A stretch of DNA of 64,000 nt from a virus. Made by a program: the position numbers and the translations under genes. Shown piece after piece: positions 37,953-47,012 of the stretch. The notes below the pieces were generated by a model. That model was not told the origin of the DNA. It worked only from the letters and a program-made list of their open reading frames with translations, and made no database searches. The DNA lies in the IMG/VR virus record IMGVR_UViG_3300021197_001752, positions 64,001 to 128,000 of that record; one strand, written 5' to 3'. Position 1 is the stretch's first letter. Each line of letters opens with the position of its first letter.

Positions 37953-38285
37953 GGGGTCAGTCGTCATATGCCGATGAAGCACATAGTCTTGTGCGATATA
38001 CTTTGTACCCTCGATAAAAATCTCATATATTCCTTTTGAATCCTTACCTTTCGGCGCTTTGGCTCTAGTAATTATCCCTGAGGTGCCATGGTAGTGCTTG
38101 TAATTATGCAACACAGGATCAACAATGCTCTTTAGCGATTTAAGTTCTGGTTGAAGAAAGGGGTGATTCGATGTCTGGCTAACCCAGTGGTCTGGTCCAT
38201 AAGAGCACATGACAAACCTCTCCTCTTCAGAGGGTTGGTCTGCACAAAACACTAGGTCACCTACAGCAAACTGCATTCTAGACAT
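37914..38285 (-). CDS. KOW/SH3-like hypothetical protein
   Basis: FAVGDLV...GII...YEI. Confidence 0.55.
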   Translation of the reverse strand: MSRMQFAVGDLVFCADQPSEEERFVMCSYGPDHWVSQTSNHPFLQPELKSLKSIVDPVLHNYKHYHGTSGIITRAKAPKGKDSKGIYEIFIEGTKYIAQDYVLHRHMTTDPLEAVTVLSHHHI

Positions 38286-38557
38286 TACTTTGTTTCGTTG
38301 AAGCTGTTGATACGGTTCCTGACCTGATCAATATCTTCAGCCGCATCTTTGATCTGAGCCAGAGAATCTAAGAGAAGGTCTGTGCAGATGTCTTTATCCA
38401 AAAGGATGTGATCCTTAAACTGTGTTGCACAGGTCTCGATCAGGTCACTCACTAATGATCTCTGTTCCAGTGGTAAGTCCCAGTATCGATCTGCCAACCC
38501 AGCAGCATCTTTAATATGAGACGATAAGTTGTAGTAAATTTGCTCGTCAGATAGCAT
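38285..38557 (-). CDS. Hypothetical protein
   Basis: Coupled ORF. Confidence 0.55.
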   Translation of the reverse strand: MLSDEQIYYNLSSHIKDAAGLADRYWDLPLEQRSLVSDLIETCATQFKDHILLDKDICTDLLLDSLAQIKDAAEDIDQVRNRINSFNETK

Positions 38558-39005
38558 CATTTTTTTCCTCAGTTAGAAGTTGGTGTAGTTTACTTGGAGA
38601 TAAGTCAGACAATTCATATACTGGTCCGATAATATTGGTTAGCCTTAGTGCATATATGATCCACTCTGAGCAGTACCACTTGCTCACGCATTTTACAAAG
38701 TAATTCGGTAACGCTTGGCTTACCAACATTCCAACCCAGTCATATTTTTGTCCTTTGGTTTTGCTATAAAATCTTAAGAATATCTTTTTTTGCTCTTCTG
38801 TTATGTGGAATGAAATAAAATCCCATTCACTTTCAACATAATTGCATTTAGTTTTTCTAACGCCTTCAACTATAAACGGCTCTATTGTGTAACATTCTTC
38901 ATCTATTACTAGTTCAGCGTGTGAATACTTGCTCCTGGTCCAATACCTTATGAAGCGATTATGCCATCGACCTTTTCCTTTATAGAAAGCGACCTTGGCT
39001 TCCAC
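38547..39005 (-). CDS. Permuted papain-like (NlpC/P60, YiiX-type) enzyme
   Basis: SKYSHAEL, GQKYDW, WYCSE, LSPSKL. Confidence 0.8.
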   Translation of the reverse strand: MEAKVAFYKGKGRWHNRFIRYWTRSKYSHAELVIDEECYTIEPFIVEGVRKTKCNYVESEWDFISFHITEEQKKIFLRFYSKTKGQKYDWVGMLVSQALPNYFVKCVSKWYCSEWIIYALRLTNIIGPVYELSDLSPSKLHQLLTEEKNDAI

Positions 39006-39015
39006 TGAACCCCCT

Positions 39016-39228
39016 TCAGGTTCCTATGAAATATCCCATAAGAGCCCCGCCTAAGAAAAATATTGGGTTTAGATAGCGATGCATTTCCCGTTGCTGGTGG
39101 CATTGGGCTAACTGAACCGCTAAAGAACCTACTAATTTATCTATGTCTGTCCTAGAGTTTTTAATCAGCAATTGTCCTACAAATGCGATATCATCCTTAG
39201 ATATATTGGGTTTGAAGGGATTATTCAT
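39016..39228 (-). CDS. Small membrane protein
   Basis: C-terminal hydrophobic helix. Confidence 0.5.
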   Translation of the reverse strand: MNNPFKPNISKDDIAFVGQLLIKNSRTDIDKLVGSLAVQLAQCHQQREMHRYLNPIFFLGGALMGYFIGT

Positions 39229-39580
39229 CTTTATGGAGCCACTTTGGGTTAGAAACCCTTGCCTTGTGCATAACGATACGTAGATGCTTAGCGATAGGCA
39301 ATGCTTGCCAAGCCTCTACGGTAAAACACCCTTCAGTTTCGCCATCCTGCGTCACCTCACAACCGAACTTATCGATGAGGCGCTTCTTAAGGTATGTGTA
39401 CTGTGTTTTTGTTTCTCTCTGCACATAGATACCAACGATGCCTTTTCCAAAACCGTCAAAGAACTGATCGTTCTTCCACTTCCCAGAAGACACAGCAACT
39501 GCATGTGAATCCTCTGCTAGCCGATAACGAAGACGATTGCTTTCGCAAAACGTTTTAAACCAAGACTTTTCCTCATTCAT
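39221..39580 (-). CDS. Hypothetical protein
   Basis: In-operon ORF, QDGETEG motif. Confidence 0.6.
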   Translation of the reverse strand: MNEEKSWFKTFCESNRLRYRLAEDSHAVAVSSGKWKNDQFFDGFGKGIVGIYVQRETKTQYTYLKKRLIDKFGCEVTQDGETEGCFTVEAWQALPIAKHLRIVMHKARVSNPKWLHKDE

Positions 39581-39583
39581 ACT

Positions 39584-39832
39584 CTAACCTTTCATCCTTC
39601 TATGGATGTTACTGATTACGTCGATCATGGACATACGGCCCGTTACAACACTATTTACGTACATTCTATTATCCTGCAACATGGGTATATAAAGATTCTT
39701 CCACAAATCTATAGTTGGTGGTGATATCTCGGTCAGACCCAATCGAGCAACGTTAGCTTTTGATTGCTCTACACTATCGCCGCCCATCATACTTCTAAGG
39801 AAAACTAATTCTGCTTTAGTATGCAAGCTCAA
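39584..39832 (-). CDS. Hypothetical protein
   Basis: In-operon ORF. Confidence 0.5.
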   Translation of the reverse strand: MSLHTKAELVFLRSMMGGDSVEQSKANVARLGLTEISPPTIDLWKNLYIPMLQDNRMYVNSVVTGRMSMIDVISNIHRRMKG

Positions 39833-39951
39833 TTCTACCTATCTCCAATTCGTTCAGCGACCAGTATGACTGCTATCACTCCCAAGAACGCAAAGCCCAA
39901 TGCTGCGTTGACTATGGTATGTCTATATTCTATTACATTTTGCAGCATTTG

Positions 39952-40293
39952 TTAATGCTCTTTGAAAGAAATATGATATTTTTTTAGAGTTATTAACCTG
40001 TCGTTGACCATCTCACTATGAAGCTTCATGGTATCGACCTCTTCTGTGGATACTGGTACCACGCCATCTTTTGGTCTTCTCATTATCAATTCCTCCATCA
40101 CCCAATCAATTTGCCCTGTGACTGTACTGACAAACGCACAAAGATCCCTGAGCATCTCTTTGGTATAGAACTCTTCGTCTTCTTCAAAATTTAGTAGAAT
40201 AGATTCTGCATAATTTCTTATCTGCATCAAGTATTCGACGGTAGAGATAACAGTATTTACTTTTATCCCGTAGGTCTTTTTATCGTCAGCCAA
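39952..40293 (-). CDS. Hypothetical protein
   Basis: In-operon ORF. Confidence 0.55.
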   Translation of the reverse strand: MADDKKTYGIKVNTVISTVEYLMQIRNYAESILLNFEEDEEFYTKEMLRDLCAFVSTVTGQIDWVMEELIMRRPKDGVVPVSTEEVDTMKLHSEMVNDRLITLKKYHISFKEH

Positions 40294-40294
40294 A

Positions 40295-40549
40295 TCATCC
40301 CCTTAGCAGCGTCTTACCCGTCTTGAGATGCTCTCGAAGATCAGTGTAACCACCGATAAACCTAGTTCCACTTGGGGTTACTTCGGTTATGATGGGAACA
40401 GTCTGCCAATTATAATTAGACTTCATTTCCTGTAAAAGTTCAGGGTTGCTATCAACTGACGTCACCTGATAGGCTAAGCCACTCTCTCTCAATAGTTCAA
40501 TTGCCGATACGCAATAAGGACATGTTGTCCTGGCTACTACATTATACAT
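40295..40549 (-). CDS. Glutaredoxin
   Basis: CPYC, TVP, FIGGYTDL. Confidence 0.95.
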   Translation of the reverse strand: MYNVVARTTCPYCVSAIELLRESGLAYQVTSVDSNPELLQEMKSNYNWQTVPIITEVTPSGTRFIGGYTDLREHLKTGKTLLRG

Positions 40550-41501
40550 TATTTCTAACTACCTCCAATTGTACGGGATGAATATCCTCGTATACTAAAT
40601 CACCAAATTTCACGGTGTATGATTCTTGCCCATTAGATAGAAAGTGGCTTGGCACTGGATCTTTTCTAAGAACAAGCCCCAATGGAAAAATACAATCTTT
40701 ACTATCTCTACACCAGTTTACAAATTCCACATAAGCTGGTTCTTGATTCTCCGAGATGCCATGAAAAGAAGAGGAGCCTTTTAGAAACTTTAATAACTTC
40801 ACTCTCCTTGGGTGCAACTCTTCGTACTCCAATTTATCACAATATTTCTCAGCCATAGTGATCAAAAGATTTTTTCGATATTTGAAATCAGGTGCGAATA
40901 GTCCCATCCTAACTTCCACTAAAGATCCAACCTTTATTTGTGCGTCATCCTGCACTCGCCTAATGAAGTCGCTTTCTGTCTCGCCAGTCTCGCTAGTCTG
41001 GTACATTAGACTGAGACATCTATTAGCCCCAAAAGGGTTACCAAAGCAAGAAAAGGCTAATCTATGACTAAGCATAAAGAAGTGATGATTTGGGTTGATA
41101 TACTGATCATCCTCTAGGAACAGCGTGTGCTTCTCACTAACCATAAATCTTTTTGACTCGCCATGTAGGTTGAATGACAACATCCTACCCTGCGAAGGAC
41201 GGACCCCTTCGTATTTTATATTATAGGCCCAGACTGGTCTGCCGTCTTTGTGGCAGAGTCTTTTATATCCTGGCTCGTCATGCAGGAGCGTCCTTAGGAA
41301 TACAAGCCGCACTCTGTTAGGGTCCTTCTTGCCAGAAGATACCTGATTAAATCTACGATTAGTTATAGGCTCATAGAATGGATTGTTATATGGTCCCCCA
41401 GGCTGATCTGAATCGTACCAAAAGTCAATAGGGATCAGGTGGTTGGTAGCATAAAAATCATATAGATTCAGCCAGGTGTTTGGCTTAGTAATCCTCATGT
41501 C
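40542..41501 (-). CDS. Hypothetical protein with KOW/SH3-like segments
   Basis: IKVGSLV...LGLV...YTVKF...LEVV. Confidence 0.6.
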   Translation of the reverse strand, partial: DMRITKPNTWLNLYDFYATNHLIPIDFWYDSDQPGGPYNNPFYEPITNRRFNQVSSGKKDPNRVRLVFLRTLLHDEPGYKRLCHKDGRPVWAYNIKYEGVRPSQGRMLSFNLHGESKRFMVSEKHTLFLEDDQYINPNHHFFMLSHRLAFSCFGNPFGANRCLSLMYQTSETGETESDFIRRVQDDAQIKVGSLVEVRMGLFAPDFKYRKNLLITMAEKYCDKLEYEELHPRRVKLLKFLKGSSSFHGISENQEPAYVEFVNWCRDSKDCIFPLGLVLRKDPVPSHFLSNGQESYTVKFGDLVYEDIHPVQLEVVRNNV

Positions 41502-41725
41502 ATGAAACAGCTTTCTTCCTGAACGCACCAAAGTTCTCCTTCATACAAAATCTCTACCCTGCCACGCCCAAGACCACGATTGTAGACAACATCTCTCGGC
41601 TCTTTTGTGTAGCAAATAGTATTTGCCACGCCTGCCGAATCATATTTTGTTAGCGATGTTTTAGCTGGCAAATAAACCAAGTCACCTTGAGCCAGGAAAC
41701 TACTGATATTAGACTTCCCCATCAT
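41495..41725 (-). CDS. Small KOW/SH3-like protein
   Basis: LAQGDLVYLP. Confidence 0.5.
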   Translation of the reverse strand: MMGKSNISSFLAQGDLVYLPAKTSLTKYDSAGVANTICYTKEPRDVVYNRGLGRGRVEILYEGELWCVQEESCFMT

Positions 41726-42110
41726 CAGGATTCTCCTCGGGCTCTTCTACCACTTGGTCTGAGATCTTCTCTAGGAAGCTATTGAACCTCTCAGCTTCAA
41801 CCAGGCGGCTCTCGATACTTGATTTGAGCCTCGTTGCCTCAACCTCAGCATCGGTCTCTTCACGGTTATGATAGCCATTAAGAATATTGCCAGCTTGGGC
41901 TAGCATCATGTCAACGTCTGCCAGGTGCTCCCGAAGTTCATCAAGGTTACCTAAAACTTCTCCTAGTCTGTCTTCGTCAAGTGGGGTCATAATACTTTCG
42001 TTGTACCCCTTGATCATGTCAAGCAACCGCTGACCCTCGTTTGCTAATAGAGATCTAGATAATGATCTTACCTGATCAATATGGATATTCAAATTGATAT
42101 TTGCACGCAT
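41709..42110 (-). CDS. Hypothetical helical protein
   Basis: In-operon ORF. Confidence 0.6.
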   Translation of the reverse strand: MRANINLNIHIDQVRSLSRSLLANEGQRLLDMIKGYNESIMTPLDEDRLGEVLGNLDELREHLADVDMMLAQAGNILNGYHNREETDAEVEATRLKSSIESRLVEAERFNSFLEKISDQVVEEPEENPDDGEV

Positions 42111-42112
42111 AC

Positions 42113-42889
42113 TTATTTTCTCCCTTTGCTGTATACAGATTTTATAATCTCAACCGTTTCCTGCGGTCCAGATACTTCGTGATATGTTTTACACAAAACA
42201 GCTATGTCGCTGTCATTTCCGTTCCCGTCGATGCGATCGCCAAAGAACACACACTCCTCTGGTTTCTCATGCATGTTCCTGAAAGCGTAGGACTTATCCC
42301 AGCCCTTGCGGGTGATGTCGATAGAGATCTGTCCGCCCTTCCTGAAGGATAGTCCCCAGCCCTGGAAGGTCTTCTCAAGTTGCTCAATCGCTTTATCTCT
42401 TTCACCTGATTTACTGTCCCACTTGGCGTAATCATCTCGCTGCTCAAGAGTACAGTTCCTGCCAATCAGAGAGAAGTTGATCAGGGGATCTCGCCACTCG
42501 ACAAACGTACCCGTTTTAAATTTCGTATGATTATCAGCCGCCAGTTTAAGCAGGGTGCTGGTAATATGATTTAGGTCAGCCTGGGAGTAATGATCTGTTA
42601 GGCTGACCTTGTGAATCAGTTCAGGCACAGGTGGCAAGTTTTCGTCATCCATGTCTAAATTACAGTTCCAGACTCTAGTCCCGTTACATGCATAGATGCG
42701 CTCGAATGTGCTCAAGATAAAATCATTATCAAGCTGTTCCGCAACCTTGCCAAGGTCAGATCCCGTAACTAAATACAGCTTAGCTGGCACTAGGCTCTTG
42801 ATCGCCTTAGCTGTTGTGTCCATGATATGACGACGGGACTCAGTTAAGGTCCCGTCCATGTCAAATATGTATGCTTTTGCTTTGTTCAA
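42113..42889 (-). CDS. HAD-IIB phosphomannomutase (eukaryote-type PMM family)
   Basis: FDMDGTLT, VTGSD, GTFVEWR..INFS.IGRNC..EQR, GGQISID, GWDK, FFGD...GND. Confidence 0.9.
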   Translation of the reverse strand: MNKAKAYIFDMDGTLTESRRHIMDTTAKAIKSLVPAKLYLVTGSDLGKVAEQLDNDFILSTFERIYACNGTRVWNCNLDMDDENLPPVPELIHKVSLTDHYSQADLNHITSTLLKLAADNHTKFKTGTFVEWRDPLINFSLIGRNCTLEQRDDYAKWDSKSGERDKAIEQLEKTFQGWGLSFRKGGQISIDITRKGWDKSYAFRNMHEKPEECVFFGDRIDGNGNDSDIAVLCKTYHEVSGPQETVEIIKSVYSKGRK

Positions 42890-42960
42890 ATCAGCAACCT
42901 CTTCAGTATTATGTATCTTCTTTTACCACATTATTACCCTGACTGTATAATTTATTATTA

Positions 42961-43584
42961 CTATTTGGCAACCTTTAGACAACGGTCTTCAAGTTTGACC
43001 TTGTGACCATTCACCAGCACGGTCGATTTAGCGTGGAGTCCGATCGGATGGTTAGCCAAAACAAGCGCAACTTGGTTATGTAAGTCACGCTGCGGCACCA
43101 AGTTAGCGTTAGCACGGATCTTACAGAGCGCACCGATAGGGAAGGCGGCTGGCTCAGTCGCAGTAGCAATAACCTTCTGGGCGTACTTGTTTTTGGTCAT
43201 GGCAACAAACTGACGCTCAGTAGGAATAAACTCCTCGTCTAAGAGAATCTTGCTGGCAAGATCTCGGAAGTACTGAGTGGTGCGATAGTAGCGAGCCACG
43301 ATGATAGCGGTCTCACGGTGGTCAGACTTGTAGGACTGAGCCCACTGCTCACGCCTCAACACAGACTCGTCAGAGTAGCGTTGTTCCATACGTTCAATAC
43401 ACTCAATCTGCTTGGCGCTCAAATCGCCTTTGTCCTCAAACTGCTTCTTGAGAGACTCAGCGAACCTACGGTCCCCCTCCGATAACTTCTTAGCCATCAG
43501 GGACTCAAAGCGAGCATCGCCGTTCTGAACTTCAAGGCGCTCTGCTCGTTGAGGGCGGCGGTACATCTGGGACCAGTAACTCAT
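42961..43584 (-). CDS. Hypothetical protein (putative early gene)
   Basis: FAESL..QF...G.LS.KQ motif; C-terminal SH3-like part; directly after promoter cassette. Confidence 0.7.
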   Translation of the reverse strand: MSYWSQMYRRPQRAERLEVQNGDARFESLMAKKLSEGDRRFAESLKKQFEDKGDLSAKQIECIERMEQRYSDESVLRREQWAQSYKSDHRETAIIVARYYRTTQYFRDLASKILLDEEFIPTERQFVAMTKNKYAQKVIATATEPAAFPIGALCKIRANANLVPQRDLHNQVALVLANHPIGLHAKSTVLVNGHKVKLEDRCLKVAK

Positions 43585-43589
43585 ATCTA

Positions 43590-43638
43590 TTCTTCCTTAC
43601 AATTTATAATACCACATATTAGGTATTGGTCAAGGAAA
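43590..43638 (-). promoter_or_regulatory. Early-type promoter/RBS cassette 6
   Basis: TTCCTTGACC-N16-TATTAT-AAATTGTAAGGAAGA. Confidence 0.85.
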
Positions 43639-43712
43639 TATTATAAATAAATTACACCACCGAGCATAGCAAGAGCCAGCAGTATTAAAATTTCAATTGC
43701 GTTTAGTCGCAC

Positions 43713-44054
43713 TTAGATATCCCGTCCTTCGTTTGCGCCTGGCAATGCCTTTTCGATCTTTAGTTTATAGAGATCAGTGTTAGGGATAACAAGCTTCCTA
43801 TCGGTGTCTAATAAGTGGAAGACAGTTTTGACTGGTGTTTGGCGCATGATCCTTGCTTTCTTTTTGCCATCAATCCACACTAAGTCGTCAACATCAAAGT
43901 CGGACCCAAACATAAATCTAAGACCTGCTGCAAAGTTCGTAACAAAGTCTCTGAACATGAAAGTAAGAAACGCCGCTACAAACAAAATACCATAGCCGCC
44001 AACTAGGTGTTCTGCTAACTTAACTAATTCATCTGCTAGGCCTTGGTGATTCAT
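43713..44054 (-). CDS. Truncated MscS (small mechanosensitive channel)-like protein
   Basis: TM helix, RDFVTNFAAGL..F...FDVDDLV.IDG...IPN. Confidence 0.65.
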   Translation of the reverse strand: MNHQGLADELVKLAEHLVGGYGILFVAAFLTFMFRDFVTNFAAGLRFMFGSDFDVDDLVWIDGKKKARIMRQTPVKTVFHLLDTDRKLVIPNTDLYKLKIEKALPGANEGRDI

Positions 44055-44380
44055 TTAAGGTACTCCTTAGCGTAGCCTTCTTGAATGAGCCAGCCATTTA
44101 TGTTTTCATCATCAATAAAAACTTCGCCGAGCCAACGACCATACTTACCTTTCTTATCCTTAAACGTCCTAATGACTACTACCTTATTTAATATTCTTTT
44201 ACGTAAAGCATCTCGGGACTTGATGCCTTCAGGCTTGCTCTTGCCTCTGACCTCTGGAGTGTTGATGCCGAGGAGCCTTATCTTCTGAGACTTTATTATA
44301 ATCCCGAAGCCAAGGTGGAAGTCTACCGTGATGGTGTCGCCGTCATATACTTTTGTGACCATGGCTTTGTACTCATACAT
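44051..44380 (-). CDS. Thermonuclease (SNase-like)
   Basis: VYDGDTI, IRLLGINTPE, KYGRWL, EGYA. Confidence 0.93.
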   Translation of the reverse strand: MYEYKAMVTKVYDGDTITVDFHLGFGIIIKSQKIRLLGINTPEVRGKSKPEGIKSRDALRKRILNKVVVIRTFKDKKGKYGRWLGEVFIDDENINGWLIQEGYAKEYLK

Positions 44381-44732
44381 TGTAATTATATATCCACTGA
44401 TATCTCTTTCTTTTCTCTAAGTAACTTGATTTAAAATCTCTGCCATACGCCTCTTGCTCTGCTCTAATGCGACGGTAAGCCTTTGCACCATCTCTGTACT
44501 TGATGTAACCCCAAGCATAATCCCAAAGATACAATAGCAAGAAGCCGATGACCAGAGTCTCCAGCATTTGCTGGAAGTGGATAGTTTCGTGCCGTTGGGT
44601 TCTTTTATTTATTTCTCCACGGCTAAACACCAGAAAGAAAAGTGTTATGGCACCAATGTTGATCGGAGCAAGGTATGATAACCAGACAGGTATTTTACTG
44701 TTCTCTATAAAAATTGGTTTCCAATTCTTCAT
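44373..44732 (-). CDS. HExxH-containing membrane-associated protein
   Basis: RHETIH..Q, AY..I..EQEAY. Confidence 0.6.
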   Translation of the reverse strand: MKNWKPIFIENSKIPVWLSYLAPINIGAITLFFLVFSRGEINKRTQRHETIHFQQMLETLVIGFLLLYLWDYAWGYIKYRDGAKAYRRIRAEQEAYGRDFKSSYLEKRKRYQWIYNYNV

Positions 44733-44870
44733 TTTATTCTCCCCAGTCTTGCCATTGCCAGCGGGTTTCCATATGCTGGCTGAGCTTCTTCTCTGCTTGC
44801 CTTAGTTTGATACGATAATAAACAGTAGGGATTGAAAACACAATTGCTATTATTATAATTGTGGCAAGTA

Positions 44871-45329
44871 TCATCTCATCATCAGGTCGGCTAAGTTCTT
44901 GACCCACAAGCCGCCTGCTGCGGTTGCAAGGAGCCAGATAACTTTCTGCATCCCATCTCTCCAGTCTTGAAGCTTAGATACTTCAAGGTGTAGACGCTCG
45001 ACCTCTTCAAGATCTTTGTCTGCTCTAACTTTCCAAACTTGAAGCTCTTTAGCAAATTCAAGTGCTGGTTTTGAATCCTTAACATACTGAAGACGGCTCT
45101 TGGATTCTGTTTCTAATTGCTTTATGCGACTGTACAAACCAGAGTCTGGCTCATAAAGACTTTGCTTGATACCACGGACGGAATCTAGTATTTCAGTCTG
45201 GGCCTGTTTGATGTGATCTACCTCGGACAGTAGCTTATCAAAGCCGCCATTCATCGCAGGAGAGTTAACTACTTTGTGTTCAACCTTTTCTAACTTCTCT
45301 AATAAAAGTTTAAGTATTTCATCACTCAT
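44871..45329 (-). CDS. Coiled-coil protein with C-terminal TM helix
   Basis: GLYSRIKQLE; hydrophobic C-terminus. Confidence 0.6.
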   Translation of the reverse strand: MSDEILKLLLEKLEKVEHKVVNSPAMNGGFDKLLSEVDHIKQAQTEILDSVRGIKQSLYEPDSGLYSRIKQLETESKSRLQYVKDSKPALEFAKELQVWKVRADKDLEEVERLHLEVSKLQDWRDGMQKVIWLLATAAGGLWVKNLADLMMR

Positions 45330-45346
45330 TATTTTTCACCTCGTAG

Positions 45347-45380
45347 AAAAAAATAAAGCCCAGGCAAATGCTGGGCTTTA
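45347..45380 (-). terminator. Intrinsic terminator after groEL
   Basis: TAAAGCCCAG...CTGGGCTTTA followed by T-run. Confidence 0.85.
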
Positions 45381-45422
45381 TAGTTTTATGGAACTATCAG
45401 TAAATAGTTTTCAGGTTGTCTT

Positions 45423-47006
45423 TTATTCCACTTGTTCCCGTAAAACCGAGCAGTTTGTAGTAATTAAAATACCCGCTGCTGAGGAAGCGTTTGTAACTGC
45501 TGATTTTGTTACTTTCACTGGGTCTATAACACCCACCTCGATCAAGTCCTCGAAGCGACCTGAGCGGACATTGAAACCTATCAACTCAGTGCCCTCCTCT
45601 GTAGGGATCGAGTTGATAACAACGTCACTAGAGATGCCAGCATTATCTAAGATCTGTCGTAGCGGTGAGTAGCAAGCTGTGATCAAGGTTTGATACCCAA
45701 GCAACTCACCCCGAGTCTCAAAGTTTCTCTCTGGTAAAGCCATTGCCGCTCTGATCAGACTGATGCCGCCGCCTGGTACTACACCTTCTTCTTGGGCGCT
45801 GCGCACAGCCTCAAGCGCATCTTCAAATCGATGCTTCTTCTCTTCGACCTCTACCTCTGTTGCACCGCCGACCTGTAGCAGAGACACCCCTGATGCAAGA
45901 CGGGTGATCCTTTCCTGTATCTTACCTGCCTGATGAAGATCTTCCGTAGCCTCAACTTCGTTCTTCAAGGTCTCCACTAAAGAATCCATCTCCTCAAAGT
46001 TGGTGTTGCCGCCAACAAAGGTTGTCCTAACCTTAAGGATCTCTACACTCTTACATGTACCTAAGTGCTCTAACTTGATATCGCTTAGACGGATGCCACT
46101 GTCACGACTGATAAATGTGCCTCCTGTTGTCGTAGCAATATCAGATAAGATAGCTCGGCGCTCCTCGCCGTATTCAGGTACCTTGATTGCAGCGATCTTC
46201 ATTCCGTTACGCATACGGTTGATAATCAAGGCTGCCAGCAATTGACCAGAGATCTCTTCGGCGGCAATGATACAAGGCCTTCCATCTCTAGCGATGACCT
46301 CAAGTACTGGTAGCATCTCCTCCAGTGAATCAAGCTCGTGATCTGTTGTCAGCACTAAAGCATTATTATATTCTACTGCATTTCTTCTGTGGTCAGTAAC
46401 AAACTTAGCTGAAACATAACCTGCTGCAACTTTGAAACCCTCAATGACGTCTAGCTTGGTCTCTAACGACCTGCTCTCTTCAATCTTAACTGCTCCGTCC
46501 TTACCTGCTGCAACTACCGCTGATGCGACTAGCTTACCAATAGTGCTGTCCCCATTCGCTGAGACTGTGGCAACATGCTGGATGTCTTCCTCTGACGAAA
46601 TAGGACTAGACATAGTATCTAGCGTACTCAGGATATCCTCAGTAGCCATGTCAATGCCACGTTTCATCTCAACGCCTGAAACACCTACCGCTAATTGTTT
46701 CTGAGCTTCCTTGAGCAAGTCACGGGCAATCACGACAGTCGTAGTCGTGCCATCGCCACTAGCCTTCTCCGTTTCCATGCTAGCCTGGCGAACCACGTCA
46801 ATCCCTGCCTGCTCAAAGTCATCCTCCACTTGCACTACTCGTGCGACACTGACGCCATCCTTAGTTACAATGGGTGGTGCCCCTCGTTGATACAGGATAA
46901 CATTCTGTCCTGCTGGTCCGAGCGTTGAGCTAACAGCGTTTGCTAGCTTGTTCACCCCTGCCAATAATTTGTTCTGTGTCTCTGCGCCAAATAATATATT
47001 TGCCAT
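45423..47006 (-). CDS. groEL: Chaperonin GroEL
   Basis: TLGPAG, TKDGVSVA, GDGTTT, GVVPGGG, VIDPVKV. Confidence 0.97.
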   Translation of the reverse strand: MANILFGAETQNKLLAGVNKLANAVSSTLGPAGQNVILYQRGAPPIVTKDGVSVARVVQVEDDFEQAGIDVVRQASMETEKASGDGTTTTVVIARDLLKEAQKQLAVGVSGVEMKRGIDMATEDILSTLDTMSSPISSEEDIQHVATVSANGDSTIGKLVASAVVAAGKDGAVKIEESRSLETKLDVIEGFKVAAGYVSAKFVTDHRRNAVEYNNALVLTTDHELDSLEEMLPVLEVIARDGRPCIIAAEEISGQLLAALIINRMRNGMKIAAIKVPEYGEERRAILSDIATTTGGTFISRDSGIRLSDIKLEHLGTCKSVEILKVRTTFVGGNTNFEEMDSLVETLKNEVEATEDLHQAGKIQERITRLASGVSLLQVGGATEVEVEEKKHRFEDALEAVRSAQEEGVVPGGGISLIRAAMALPERNFETRGELLGYQTLITACYSPLRQILDNAGISSDVVINSIPTEEGTELIGFNVRSGRFEDLIEVGVIDPVKVTKSAVTNASSAAGILITTNCSVLREQVE

Positions 47007-47012
47007 CTTACT

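Noticed and set aside
17295-43638. Dispersed CCTTACAATTTATA repeats as CRISPR or IS ends
   Set aside because: Not regularly spaced, no transposase; fully explained as promoter+RBS
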